From Squalus acanthias (taxonomy: Eukaryota), in the NCBI GenBank assembly GCA_030390025.1, contig CM059432.1:73410001-73474000 (forward strand): 64,000 nucleotides of DNA, written 5' to 3'. Each line of letters begins with the position of its first letter. Within the stretch, counting starts at the first letter, position 1. Shown here in pieces: positions 11,421-23,395 of the stretch. Made by a program: the position numbers and the translations under genes. The notes below the pieces were generated by a model. It had not been told where the DNA came from, searched no databases, and saw only the letters and a program-made list of their open reading frames with translations.

Positions 11421-13110
11421 GGCCAGAATTTTGCTGGCGCTCAGGGGGTGGGTTTGGAGGCGGGACATCCGGCAAAATCGCAAAGATTGACAGCGGGTCG
11501 GAAACCCGCTGTCAACCCACCTCCAATCGATCTTCCCAAGTGTCGGGTCCCCGATTTGCGCATGGACCCGACACCTAGCGGCGGGAAGAGGATTATAGCC
11601 ACTTAACTGCTTGTTAACAGGTTGTTAACAGGCAGTTAACAGGCTTTTTCCAATTTTGACGCATCTACTGCGGGCTTCCCGACGTACGGACACCACGCCA
11701 GGTAAGTGTGGCGTGTTGTGAGTCTGCTGTAATGTTTATGCATTGATGACAGCTGCAGAAGTGGTGTGAAGGATCCAATGGTGCACTGGTGAGTTTCAGA
11801 GGTAAGAAAATGTTGGGAAATTCATTTTTAATGCATTTAGACTTTTCTATAGGTAACAAGTTTCGAATTGTACGTGTAGTCCCACCTCATTGGGAGAACC
11901 TTTCTCACCAGTGACAGATCACTTCTGTAACCTCACCTGCAGCTGCCATCTGTTCTAGCCTAAGGGAGGAGTCACTGGAGAGCCTGGGTGCAAGAGCTCA
12001 CCTCTGAACAGTGATTCTTCCGATCTCCCCGACTCTTCCGATCTCCCCCCGACTCTTCCGATCTCCTCCCCCGACTCTTCCGATCTCCTCCATGACTCTT
12101 CCGATCTCCCCCCAACTCTTCCGATCTCCTCCCCCGACTCTTCTGATCTCCTCCCCCGACTCTTCCGATCTCCTCCATGACTCTTCCGATCAACCCCCGA
12201 CTCTTTCAATCTCCCCCCGACTCTTCTGATCAACCCCCGACTCTTTCAATCTCCCCCCGACTCTTCCGATCAACCCGACTCTTTCAATCTCCCCCCGACT
12301 CTTCCGATCAACCCCCGACTCTTTCAATCTCCCCCCGACTCTTCCAATCAACCCCCGACTCTTCCGATCTCCTCCATGACTCTTCCGATCAACCCCCGAC
12401 TCTTCCAATCTCCCCCCGACTCTTCCGATCAACCCCCGACTCTTCCGATCTCCTCCATGACTCTTCCGATCAACCCCCGACTCTTCCAATCTCCCCCCGA
12501 CTCTTCCGATCAACCCCCGACTCTTCCGATCTCCTCCATGACTCTTCCGATCAACCCCTGACTCTTCCAATCTCCCCCCGACTCTTCTGATCTCCTCCCC
12601 CGACTCTTCTGATCTCCTCCATGACTCTTCCGATCTCCCCCAACTCTTCCGATCTCCTCCATGACTCTTCCGATCAACCCCCGACTCTTCCAATCTCCCC
12701 CCGACTCTTCCGATCAACCCCCCCGACTCTTCTGATCTCCCCCCCGACTCTTCTGATCTCCCCCCCTGACTCTTCTGATCTCTCCCCCCGACTCTTCTGA
12801 TCTCTCCCCCGACTCTTCCGATCTCCCCCGACTCTTCCGATCAACCCCCGACTCTTCCGATCTTCCCCCGACTCTTCTGATCTCCCCCCGACTCTTCCAA
12901 CGTTCCCTCGAGGCCTCTGATCCCTCCCTCCCTCCTCTCCGCTCGCCGTCTGCGACCTGGTGCCGAAGGCTTACCTTTCCGACAGTCAGCTGGCCTCTCA
13001 ATCTGGCTGGCCGCTGCCAGGAAACAGGGACAAAAAATGCTGATCAGGCCCTGCTGTTAAATTCAGCAAAACGCAGCCACCCACCGCCCCCCCCCACCCC
13101 CCGCTCCTTC
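11421..13110 (+). mobile_element. Harbinger-type non-autonomous element with internal minisatellite; right TIR not found
   Basis: Starts GGCCAGAATTTT; shares the ACTTAACTGCTTGTT...AGGCTTTTT block with the 3239 element; right part resembles 13736-14395. Confidence 0.55.
12013..12898. repeat. C-rich minisatellite, unit about 18-22 bp (CCCCGACTCTTCCGATCT variants)
   Basis: Tandem units read directly, with higher-order alternation of CTCCATGA and CAACCCCCGA variants. Confidence 0.95.
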
Positions 13111-13269
13111 CCTACCTCCGAGATACTATCCACTCCTATGTATTTATGTATTCCTACGTATCCCTTCCGTACAGAACAATTATAAATACTGTAGTAGCAT
13201 AATCTCAACATTCTGCTTTACAGGTAGGGCTGATCTACCAAACTGTGATGCAGTTGTTCTATTGCAGAA

Positions 13270-13640
13270 TTCTTATTTCCATCTCCAATTTTCTTGCATC
13301 CTCTCTCGAAGGTGTTGATTCATGCTAGGTACGGGTCCACGGGTGCTGGCCATTTTCCAGTATTCCACCTGTGGATATTCTTTCATGTGTGAGCCCTGAT
13401 AATAGGCAAACTATTCCACTGTGTGGGGCCTAAACCTATCCTCACCCTTTGACCATACATGCACATTTTCCAGCAGGAGTCACTAAATAGTGATCTAGAA
13501 TGCAAATCCTGGTTGATTTTTCCCTCTCTCACCCAGGATGTTGAGGCTGATTATAGCACCTTTACTGCCACTCTGGCTAAGATCACTCAGGTAGAGCAGG
13601 AAATCAAACTTGGGACCATCCTGATTTGTATGGCTGATAT
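13270..13640 (-). mobile_element. Degenerate SINE-like repeat related to about 59160-59360 and 60430-60616
   Basis: Shared blocks (TTCATGTGTGAGCC; GATTTTTCCCTCTCT...CCCAGG); boundaries approximate. Confidence 0.35.
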
Positions 13641-13735
13641 CTACATTAGGCATTAAAGTTAGGTTACAAGCCATCAGCCGAACTTCTTCACAGAATTATA
13701 TAAATGGGGAAGCTATAACTTACAATAGCAATAAT

Positions 13736-14395
13736 GAGGGGAATTATAAACCCGCCTGCCTAGCAGAAACCAGGAGGGAAGACGATTAAAATAGAGCGAG
13801 GGATTTATCCACTCCATTCCCGCCCCAATCTGGCCGACTGCCGGTAGCAAGGTCACTGTAGTCGGCAGGATATTTTAAAAATATGCAGATTGGGCTCCGA
13901 TGTTGTCATTGGGGCCTGACTGCTATTTTTACCTGAGGCCTGAGTGGGGGAGCTGTGGTGGCTTCCCTGCAAGGCAAAACCTGCCGGGAACAGCAGTCAG
14001 GGCCAGAACATATCCAGGAAAGTCATTTAAAAAAAACTTTTGTACGGTTCCTTGTTGACCAGGAGAAGAAGGACTGAAAAGAAACCTCGGGCCTCCTGAG
14101 CTTTCGCCCCTCCCTTGATCGCGATCCCCTCCCCAAACCCTCGTAGCCACTTATCCTGTGCCGGGGACAGATTCCGCAGGTCGCCGACGGCGGTCTCCGA
14201 GCTGCTGAATTTTAACGGCTGGGCAGTCGCATCCTAGTGACTTCCTGGCCCATTTTGATCGGGAGGTCGGCAAGCGGCATTCTAATGAGGCCCGACCGTT
14301 AAAATCGGCTGAGCCTCCCTGCTGCCACTCCCGGCTGGGCTAGCAGTTCGCTAGGCTGCGTCCACCCACCCCCGCCCGGAGATAAAATTGAACCC
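13736..14395. mobile_element. Harbinger-type MITE
   Basis: Imperfect TIRs GAGGGGAATTATA / TAAAATTGAACCC; TSD AAT at 13733-13735 and 14396-14398; GC/CpG-rich. Confidence 0.6.
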
Positions 14396-14865
14396 AATAA
14401 GTGCCTGCAAATAAGAAGCTTTCAGCTATTGCAGTTGGGTTATTTAGTTATAAATGTAGTTATTTTTTGCCTATTAGCAAGTAATGGAGAAAACTATAGT
14501 ATAAATTTCAGAGTAGTCTGAACACTAAGTTAGGAGTTAATGGCCCAGAAATTTGACTCGGAGGCTTGCCGCGGGGGTAAGGATCGCGCACGATATCACA
14601 CTTCGCGCCGGCCGTTGTGTTTTGGGCCCACAGGAACTTCGGGTCCTGGGCCTCTCCCTGGTGCCGGCGCGCAGTGTGTGCGTGTCCCAGGGGCGCAGTT
14701 AGTGCGATGCGACCTCTGGGATCACGTGGGCCATGGAGAGCCAATGGCAGCAGACTATCTTTCATTCATAGAGACAGGAGACATGTCAAATCTGTGAATT
14801 GAAAGAGACCCCAAAAGAACAGCTAAACCTCAAATAAATTTAAAAAAAACATTACATTAATAAAA

Positions 14866-15361
14866 CAGGAACACTTCAGCAGCCAGGGGCATTCAGCCTC
14901 GGATCTGCGGGTAAGCGTTCTCCAAGGCGGCCTTCGGGATACACGACAGCGCAAAATCATAGAGCAGAAACTGATAGCCAAGTTCCGCACTCATGAGGAT
15001 GGCCTCAATCGCGATATCGGGTTCATGTCACGATACAGAACGTGACTTGACATCATGGCCGGTCTTTCCAGGTGCTTTTTTTAAAAAAGACTAACACAAG
15101 AACCAACACAAATTGACAGGATATGCAGCCAGCAGGTGTTTTGACACGTTGGACCCCCTGGGACACATCTCATTGTCTTGGCTGTGCTCTTAGTGTGTCT
15201 TTGATGTAGGGAAAGATTTGAATAGATTTTGTCTGTGTTTATATTGTGAATTCTGGGAGATTCTCTCACTGCTACCCTACCTGAGGAAGGAGCGAACCGC
15301 TCCGAAAGCTTGTAAAATTAAATAAATCTGTTGGACTATAACCTGGTGTTGTGCGATTTCT
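14866..15361 (+). mobile_element. 5'-truncated Penelope-like element (GIY-YIG endonuclease C-terminus + pLTR)
   Basis: 14866-15045 reads EHFSSQGHSASDLRVSVLQGG...EQKLIAKFRTHEDGLNRDIGF..*, typical of a PLE ORF end; TSD CATTAATAAAA at 14855-14865 and 15362-15372. Confidence 0.88.
15278..15314 (+). ncRNA. Minimal type I hammerhead ribozyme in a Penelope pLTR
   Basis: TAC-CTGAGGA-A-GGAGCG(AAC)CGCTCC-GAAA-GC-TT-GTA: core boxes, 6-bp stem II, palindromic AAGCTT stem III, 3-bp stem I. Confidence 0.75.
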
Positions 15362-16992
15362 CATTAATAAAATAACTATAGTTAAATAAATTAACCACTT
15401 TAAACAAAAATAAAAATTTTTGAAAAAATTAAATTTTTTTAAAAAAGTTATAAAAATAAACTTACCTTTCTTTAAAGTCTCTAAAAAAGATAAACCTGTT
15501 GAAAAAAATTAAAAATTATACTTAATTAACTACTTACCTTGTTCAAAAGGGGTCTTACACCCCCTTTTTACATGTGTATAATCTTCCATACTTATCCTCG
15601 CGTTGAAACCTGAAAAAAAACCTAAGTGTGCTGCGTGCGCACAGCCTGTAGTGCGCACACAGTTCACCTAGGAACCTCCCCCTTCGCCAGTGCATGCAGG
15701 AAACCGGCACTTCGGGATCGAATACGGGTGAGTACACAGTGCGTAATCTCCCGTATTCGGCCGAATTTTTGGGCCAATATCAGATTGAGCTAACAGGCCC
15801 GTCCACTAGTTATTCTGGCTATCTGAAGTACGGTATTTAGCCAGGACAGTTAGACTAGAGTTCATATATTATTCAGAAAAAAAAATATTTTCAGATCTAG
15901 CTTTCAGAGAAAACAAAACACAACTGAAGGAAATTGCAGAGCCAGGCAAAGGAATGTAAATGTTTCACTTGATACATGGTTTTATGTGCATTGTAGTTAG
16001 AACTTGTAATGCATCAAGACCCACTACATTATTTATAATGCAGTTAATAAATTTGAGGAACTTTATTCTGTTTTGTGTATATTTGCCTGAGTAATATTTA
16101 TTGAGACATTCAAAAAAATGGAAAACAAAACTGGATTTAAACTTTTTCGACCCCACTTTCTGCCAGCTGAATTGTCATGGTTCATTGGAAAATCAATGAA
16201 GTGCTGCAAGAATTGTACCTCACAGTTGCAGACAAGCCACACAAAAAATCCAACATTTCACATGAGATGAAGATCGTCTTTGCTTCGTTTACTCTCTTAA
16301 GACATATTAAAATCAAATCTATCACCCCGTTTGGCCATCTGTCAATTCGTGCTTCACGGTAAATGGGTAGACTTTGTCCTTGAATCAGTCAGAGGGAGGA
16401 TGTGCCACTGCTCTCAAAACAAGTTTGTAAGCTGTAAAGACAAAGAAATCAGTGTAATTTATATTCCCATAGGTGATCGATGTTAGATAATGTTTTCTTA
16501 AGTATGAGGAATTATGCAGTTTTACGGATGGATAGGAACATAGAACAGATTCAATGTGTTTTAAAAGAAGAGAGCAGCAACAAAGACTGCAATTGAATTT
16601 TTATTTTAGTCTACTTAAAAAAACAATGACCATTTTACATGGGGTTTTTAATTTCTTTCCCTCTAAATGAACAGTTAAAGAGAAGACTGCAGACTTGTTT
16701 TGCACTTCAAAAGATTCCCATAGTTTATTTACTTGTGATTCATATAGGCCCACTAGAGACTAAACTGTGGTTACATAGAAATGGAAATGAATTTAAGAAA
16801 AGTGGAAGGCAGATCTATGATGTACTCTAACACATTCTATCAAATGCTAAGGAAATTAGAAACCCAAGTATTGGATATTTCAACTGAGTGATATTAACCC
16901 AGTGAGTTTAAATGATGTAACTGCTTGAACTTTGACTTTATTAAAAAATTATTTTTGTATATTTATTTTCAATTGCTTAATTTATTTAGATT

Positions 16993-17036
16993 AATTAAGA
17001 TTAATTAATCTTAATTAAGATTAATTAATCTTAATT
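16993..17036. repeat. Perfect 44-bp AT-rich palindrome built from tandem 20-bp palindromic units
   Basis: AATTAAGATTAATTAATCTTAATTAAGATTAATTAATCTTAATT equals its own reverse complement. Confidence 0.9.
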
Positions 17037-18750
17037 GAGATTAATCAACCATTTTGATTGATGTATCAATCTCAATACGTATTTATTGCTTAAGATTTCT
17101 TGCTTAATTTTTTGTTTATATTTTATATAGTTGGTTTTTAATCTTCTTCAGACTGTGGTTCCTGATGAAATTCATACACATTTCGGACTATTTCTATCGA
17201 GCTTTCTGCTGCATTCACATTCCTATTTCTTTCGTTGCTAGGTTCAGTCAAGTCAAATCTCCTGCTTCAAGTGAAGCTCTGGGATATCCTTCCCAGCAAT
17301 TTGCACCATCCGGCCTTTCCTTACCGAAGTTCCAGTCGATTAGGGTAGTTTGCATGTTATTTGTACAATTTAAGTTGTTCTGTTAGGAGTTAATATCAGA
17401 TTTAGCCAACAGGTCTGGGTCTTGCTTAGCCGGAATAGGGAAAATGGCCACTAGTCAGTGGGCCAGGCTGAGAGAAGAAAATATTATCTAACTGGTTTCT
17501 TGTTAATATTCTGAATCACATACAAATAAGGTCAGAGCAACTCCAATCCCTCCATTTAAGCAAGTCAGTCAATTAGTTATATCTACTATTCCCCTTTGGT
17601 AACAAGACAAAATAATTCTGTCCAGCAGGTGTGGAGTATACTGCTCATGCTAAGCAGTGTAGAAATACTCAATTAGAGTGGATAGAGTTTGGGCTGGACT
17701 CCAGGATCCCAGTGTTTTAGTGGTTCATTAAAATGTCACTGAATGAATTTTTTGCTGCTCTGCTTTGTAATGCATTCTCTAGTTGATGAACAAATTTCAA
17801 TTTAAATAAAATTGGGTTAAAGAAAACAACAAATCAATGGCACAATGTACATCAAGGTGACTTTATTATTATAGTATATGACTGAATGTTGCAATTTGAT
17901 TCATCAGAAAGAAAGGATTTTTGCAGGTTCTACAAAAGGAAGAAATGTGTGACAAGACTCAACAAAGAAACATTTTTTAAAGTGATGATGGTCTCAGACT
18001 TGACTGCCAATCAAATTTGACTGCCCTTATTAACGGAGTTTCACTGGGTCTGAGGCAAGTACTGGTTCAATCTAAGAGATACAATGTGTCCCTCACAATG
18101 CATCAGGGGCTGAAATGATGCTTTCTCAAGTATGTCATCAGATAATTTGATTTTAAATTAATTTATTAAAAGAATAGATGTATAGCAGCAAGCTAATCAC
18201 CACCTCACAACACTGTAATAGAACAAATAATGTTGTTTCTCTTTAATGAGTTAAGGCTGAATTGCCTGTCAGTGAGTAAAAAGTTCTTTGTGATAATTAC
18301 ACGTGAACCATGGATAGTTATCAGAGCCTCAAGAAAGCAATTATGCTGCTGACAGTTAGTCTACCAAATCAAAACATGTTTTAACAACAAGTGGACTCCC
18401 ATAGCATTGTTCACTGTGAATTGAAAGACACTCTGGAGCTAAATTCGATAGCCCCTGAAAACGGGCACGGGGATCGCGATGCACAATGCGCAATTAACCC
18501 GTGTGATGCAGGCAGCACGGCAACTTTGTGCTGCCTGCTCATTTCCATGATTGTAGCTTGTAGCCAGCACTAACTGTGCTATTGATTGGCTGCACGCCTC
18601 AGCAAGGGGCCCAAAATTGCGAGAGGTTAGCACCACTTAAAGCTAGCCTGCACTACTTAAAGCCAGCCTGCACCTCTTAAAGGGGAGGTGCATTGTGGCT
18701 GGAGCAGGTGATGGAAGTCGTTGTACAACAGATTCTGACCTGGGAGAAAG

Positions 18751-20627
18751 CGGGCACAACATGGGAGAAATCGAGTACCAAAGTTTTCTGACGCTGCACT
18801 GGAGGCCTTGGTGGAGGAGATGGAAAGGAGGAGAAATGTGTTGCATCAACAGAGGGCCAGGAGGCCCTTCAGGCAAACAATCAGAAGGCAGTGGGAGCAG
18901 ATAGCCAAGAGTAAAGCCCCGAGGACCTGGATGCAGCGCCGCAAAAAATTCAATGACCTCACATGAGTGGTCAAGGTCAGTGAATGCATCTTCAAATGCC
19001 ATATTCCACCAACTGCACCACAAGCCTCTACAACTGCGCAATGCACCACACCCCCACCATTCACTTACTAACAATCTCTATCAATCAGGACTGATACCTA
19101 ACATTCATATCTTCACCTCACCCTCACGCACTTAGCACTGCTGCAAACCACATTTCACAGCTTGCATACACTGCCAGCTATTCAACTATGACAGCCACAT
19201 CAGCCAAACAGATTGCACGACACTCACTGACACACTTCCCTCTCTCTTAAAGGACAAGGTGGCGCACAACTGGAGGCAGCAGGACCCAACTAGCGGGGGA
19301 TAGGTCCGCCTGCACGTCCTTACCCCCATGGAGGAGATGGTACTCACCATCATTGGAACGGCCATGGCTGAGACCATGGCCAGCGGTGGGGCTGAAACCA
19401 TTGAAGATGACCATATCCTCATACCTAATCCTCCTTCTCACATCCTACTTCCATCTCATCCCACAATCTCTTCTGATTTACAAGCTGCAGATGGTGTAAG
19501 CATGCACCTCCTGCTTTCCACCACCCCCCCCCCCCCCAACACCACCACCCCTCACCACAACCTTACCCTTGTGCCTTTCTCCTTTCAGAAACCCAAGAAC
19601 TGCAACTGGCCAGGCAGTGGTGGAAGAGCAACAGGTGGAAGAGCAAGAAGACAGTGATGATGAAGAAAGCATCACTCAATTTCACACTCACAGCCACCAG
19701 CTCAGATACTGACACTGCGCGTAATTTAGAGGATAGTGTAGAGGTGGGATCTGCATGTGGTGAGACACCAGGCACGAGTGGCCTACAGCCAGGACAGGGG
19801 GAAAGGATAGCGCAGATGCCAGCTCGCTGGAGGGTGAGGTCACACATGAGTTCTCAGATGAGCACTTCGATGGGGCAGGCTACAGAAGAAGGCTGATGGG
19901 TATGCACAATTAAATACTTGGTACATTGGGAAGCCTGCCAGAAATCCTGCATGCAATGTCAAAGAGCATGGAGGAGTCCAGCACCAAGTTGGCACGGGGT
20001 TTTGCACAGAGCTTGGGGCCCATCCTTTCCAGCATGGATGTGGTGGCCAACTCCATGAGCACACTTGCGGACCCAACCATGAAGCAGCATCTGATGGCCG
20101 ATGTCTCAGCTTCCATTGCAGCACAAGCAGCAGCCACCCAATGTCTGAGTGCTACCATGCAAGCTCAGACTGCTGCCGTCATGGCTCTGGATTCCAGTGT
20201 TCAAAAGGGCTTGCAGGGTGTCACAGCAGTGTAGCAATCTGTCCTCCAACAGATTACTAGAATTGCTGAGGCGTTGCCCTGTGGGAGTGGCAGTGGCTCC
20301 GTGGAGCACGAACCTGCTGTCCTTTCTCAGGATGACAGCAATCGTCCTCCCACCCCTGCCACTCCGCCAGTGCCCTTGCTGTTGCCTGTCAGCCAGCTAG
20401 CTGAGACTGCTGCCACCCATGCCGAGATGGTGCAGTCCACAGCCGGGCCTTCTGAGCCCAAAGATGCTTGAGGTTGTCCTCCAAGGCCATCTGCAGTCTC
20501 CTCCATTGAAAGTCAGCAGCCTTCCACTAACCATGCTGCCACCACTGGGGTAGCACTGTGTAGGAGCACTAGGACAGGCAAAGGCACATGGAAGACAGGC
20601 ACTAAGGTAATGCACAAGGGTGATTAG
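18751..20627 (+). pseudogene. Harbinger Myb/SANT-like DNA-binding partner gene, three exons
   Basis: Exon 1 about 18751-18975 (PKFSDAALEALVEE...WEQIA...RTWMQRRKKFNDL), donor GTCAGT at 18976; exon 2 from 19253 (DKVAHN...LTPMEEMVL); exon 3 from 19589; internal stops. Confidence 0.8.
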
Positions 20628-20795
20628 TTTAATTTTGTATGCAATATAGCATGATTTAATTTATAAATTTGATTTGGAATTTATATTTTGTGTTGGCTTT
20701 TATTGTTGCATTGTGGCCAAGTGGATGCTATGATGGTCAGTGACAGAGGGAAGGTAAGGTGTGGGACTGCTGGTGAATGCGAATTGGGGTTGCGT

Positions 20796-21967
20796 TTACG
20801 GATATCGCACTCAGATGAGTTCTTCACGGACACCCTGGCCAGAAAGGGGCTGTCTAGGTTGTCTCCTCCCTTCCTCCTCCTTCTGCTCCTGCTCCTCTTC
20901 CTTCTCCTCCTCCTCCTCATGCTCCTGCTCCTCAGCTGGTCGTCATATAGCTGGCGGCAAGGACTGTGCCCTCATGATGGCGAGGTTGTGCAGCATGCAG
21001 CAGAACACCACGAATCTTGACACTTGCTCTGCCAAGCACTGCAGGGCTCCTCCAGAGCGGTCCAGGCAGCGGACGCATTGTTTCAGCATACCGTAGACTG
21101 CTCTATCACATTTTGTGTGGCAGCATGGCTTTCATTGGTTGCATGCTGCCCATGTGAGTCTGGGTTGCGCACCAGAGTCATGAGCCATGTCGTCAGCGGA
21201 TAGCCCTTGTTGCCCAGTAGCCACCCTTTGGTTTGTCGTGGTGGCTCAAATGCAGACGGCACAGCGGACTACCTCAGAATGATGGCATCATGACTGCTGC
21301 CAGGATACCGGGCATTGGCCTGCGTGATTCGCTGCCTATGGTCACAGACCAGCTGGACGTTGAGGGAGTGGAATTCCTTTTGGTTGCAGTACGTTAGAGT
21401 TTGCATGCGCACCTGCAAAGTGACGTGCGTGCAGTCAATGGCACCCTGCATGAAGGGGAAGCCTGTATTCCTTGCAAAGCTGTGTGCTCACTCCGCCTGC
21501 TGATCTCTGGCAAGAGAGAATGAAATGTATTCAGCTCTCTTTGAATAGAGAGCATCACTGACCTCCCTTACGCAACAGTGGACAGTAAACTGCGAGATGT
21601 TGCTAATATCTCCAGCTCCAGCCTGGAAGGAGCCCGATGCATAAAAGTTCATTGCCATGGTCACCTTCACAGCCACTAGTAATGCGGTCCTCGCCCTGCT
21701 CTGAGGTTGCAGTTGTGGCTGCAGCAAGTGGCAGATTTCAGTGAGGACGTCCTTACTGAAGCACAGACGTCTCACACATTGTTCCTCACTGAGGTTCAGG
21801 TAGGAGAACTGCTCCCTGAAGACTCTGGGTGGATATGGCCTCCTGCTGAGAGCCCTTCACAGCCCCCTCCCCCTCCACCTACCCCCCTCTTCCAGGAGCT
21901 CTGTGTGGTTTCTGATAATCTCCAAGTCATGCTGTATTCCAAGGGGAATTCCTACTAGTGCACCCAT
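20796..21967 (-). pseudogene. Harbinger DDE transposase, degenerate
   Basis: [27 protein letters not shown] motifs and acidic C-terminal tract; homologous to 62065-63225. Confidence 0.9.
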
Positions 21968-23182
21968 GTCTATTAGCAAGTGGTTTGTACAGAAGCCTTG
22001 AAGTCAGGAAAAAGTCCTTCAGCATATGCAACACCATTCCCTGTAGAGATTAGCAACTTTAAACTCCTATAGAAAGCACCAAACACTTGCAGAGTCTTAG
22101 CAACAGCCAGTAGAAATCAATCAGCAACTAACCTCTGATCCCTTTAAATAGCACTGGTGGAGGGTCCTTCCTGCTGTTGAACGTTCAGCTGTGCAAGTTT
22201 ATGAGAGGGCATTAGCTGGAGCATTGAGCTCCAAGATGGCAGCGCTGGTGTCAAATCAGCGTTACACGCTGATTGACGTCATGATCTGCCTACTCTGCAT
22301 ACTTCCAGCGGATGCTCACTGCGCGCGCAATAACACCCTCACCAATATGGCGTCCGGTGTGACTCACACTGGAAGTGTGCGCACGCACCGCGGATGCCAT
22401 TGTGGACCTCTACGGATCCAAATTTAGAACCCAATGTTTTGTAACTACATGGTTTTATACCATGTAATGCACAATGTATTTTTGTACAATGAAGTTAGTA
22501 TCCCAGCCCTCAATTTCCATGGGGTTCTACTGCCATATCCTGCCATAACTTTAACGGGAGATCAGCAGAACTTCTGCAGAAATGGTGAAAACATCTGTTC
22601 TTAGTCATTTGTGTTTCATTCTCCTGGATCCCCCTCTCCATAAGGCTTCTACAACCAATACTTCACCCCATTCTAGTCTTGCTAGATCCAGGATCCCCCT
22701 CCTCAAAATCCATCTATCCAGATCCCAGATCCCCTCTCAGTGCTCACAAACCCTTAGACTGGATTCCCAGTGCTCCCTGATCTCAGTACAATGCTCAGTG
22801 TTCCAGGACTCTGAAACCGCTCTCTCCAATTCTATCAGTCATCTCAGGACCCTTTTCCCAGTTCTCCCTGATTCTACCACCTGCTCCAGTTTTCCCAGTC
22901 AGTGGGACCCCCACAAAGTAGTGCTACAACCTGAGACTTCATCCTAGCACCAGTATCTTTCCAGTGCCCCTAGATCCCAGGGCCACCCCAATGCTAATAA
23001 GTCAGTATCCCTGGTATTATTACTTGACATGGTTCTTATACCAGCTCCTACTCATCATAAGCAGCGCCTTGGGAGATCTGTGAGTGTTTACATAAAATTA
23101 TAAAAATTTTGCATCTGGCATGGGTTCTCCAGAGGATAAACGTGTATGTAGAGCATTGGAAAATGTTTGACATGTCCATAGA

Positions 23183-23395
23183 TGTCAGCCATGGCCAGTT
23201 TGTAGCACTATCACCTCTGAGTCTGAAGGTTGTGGGCTCAAGTCCCACTCCCAGTGGAGTACTGAGGGAATGCTGCACTGTCAGAGGTGCCGTCTTTCAG
23301 ATGAGAAGTTAAACCAAGAGTGCCGTCTGCCCTTTCAGGTAGACATAAAAGATCCCATGACACTATTTCGAAGAAGAGTAGGGGAGTTCTCTATT
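23183..23395 (+). mobile_element. tRNA-derived DeuSINE-like element, 3' end lost
   Basis: tRNA-like head, then GATGAGAAGTTAAACC...AAAAGATCCCATGACACTATTTCGAAGAAGAG core; related copies at 51620 and 61094. Confidence 0.7.

Larger units (their letters stand above)
14542..15775. mobile_element. Harbinger-type MITE (sibling of 3451-4193) containing a Penelope insertion
   Basis: TIRs GGCCCAGAAATT / AATTTTTGGGCC; TSD AAT at 14539-14541 and 15776-15778. Confidence 0.9.
18434..22432. mobile_element. Full-length two-gene Harbinger (Myb/SANT gene +, transposase -), degenerate
   Basis: Imperfect TIRs TGGAGCTAAATTCGAT / ATCCAAATTTAGAACCC; convergent gene pair; no clear TSD. Confidence 0.8.

Noticed and set aside
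11955..13001. Repetitive ORFs on both strands
   Set aside because: Translations of a minisatellite
17152..17386. Host coding exon
   Set aside because: An acceptor-like site and an open frame exist, but no recognisable protein similarity on either strand
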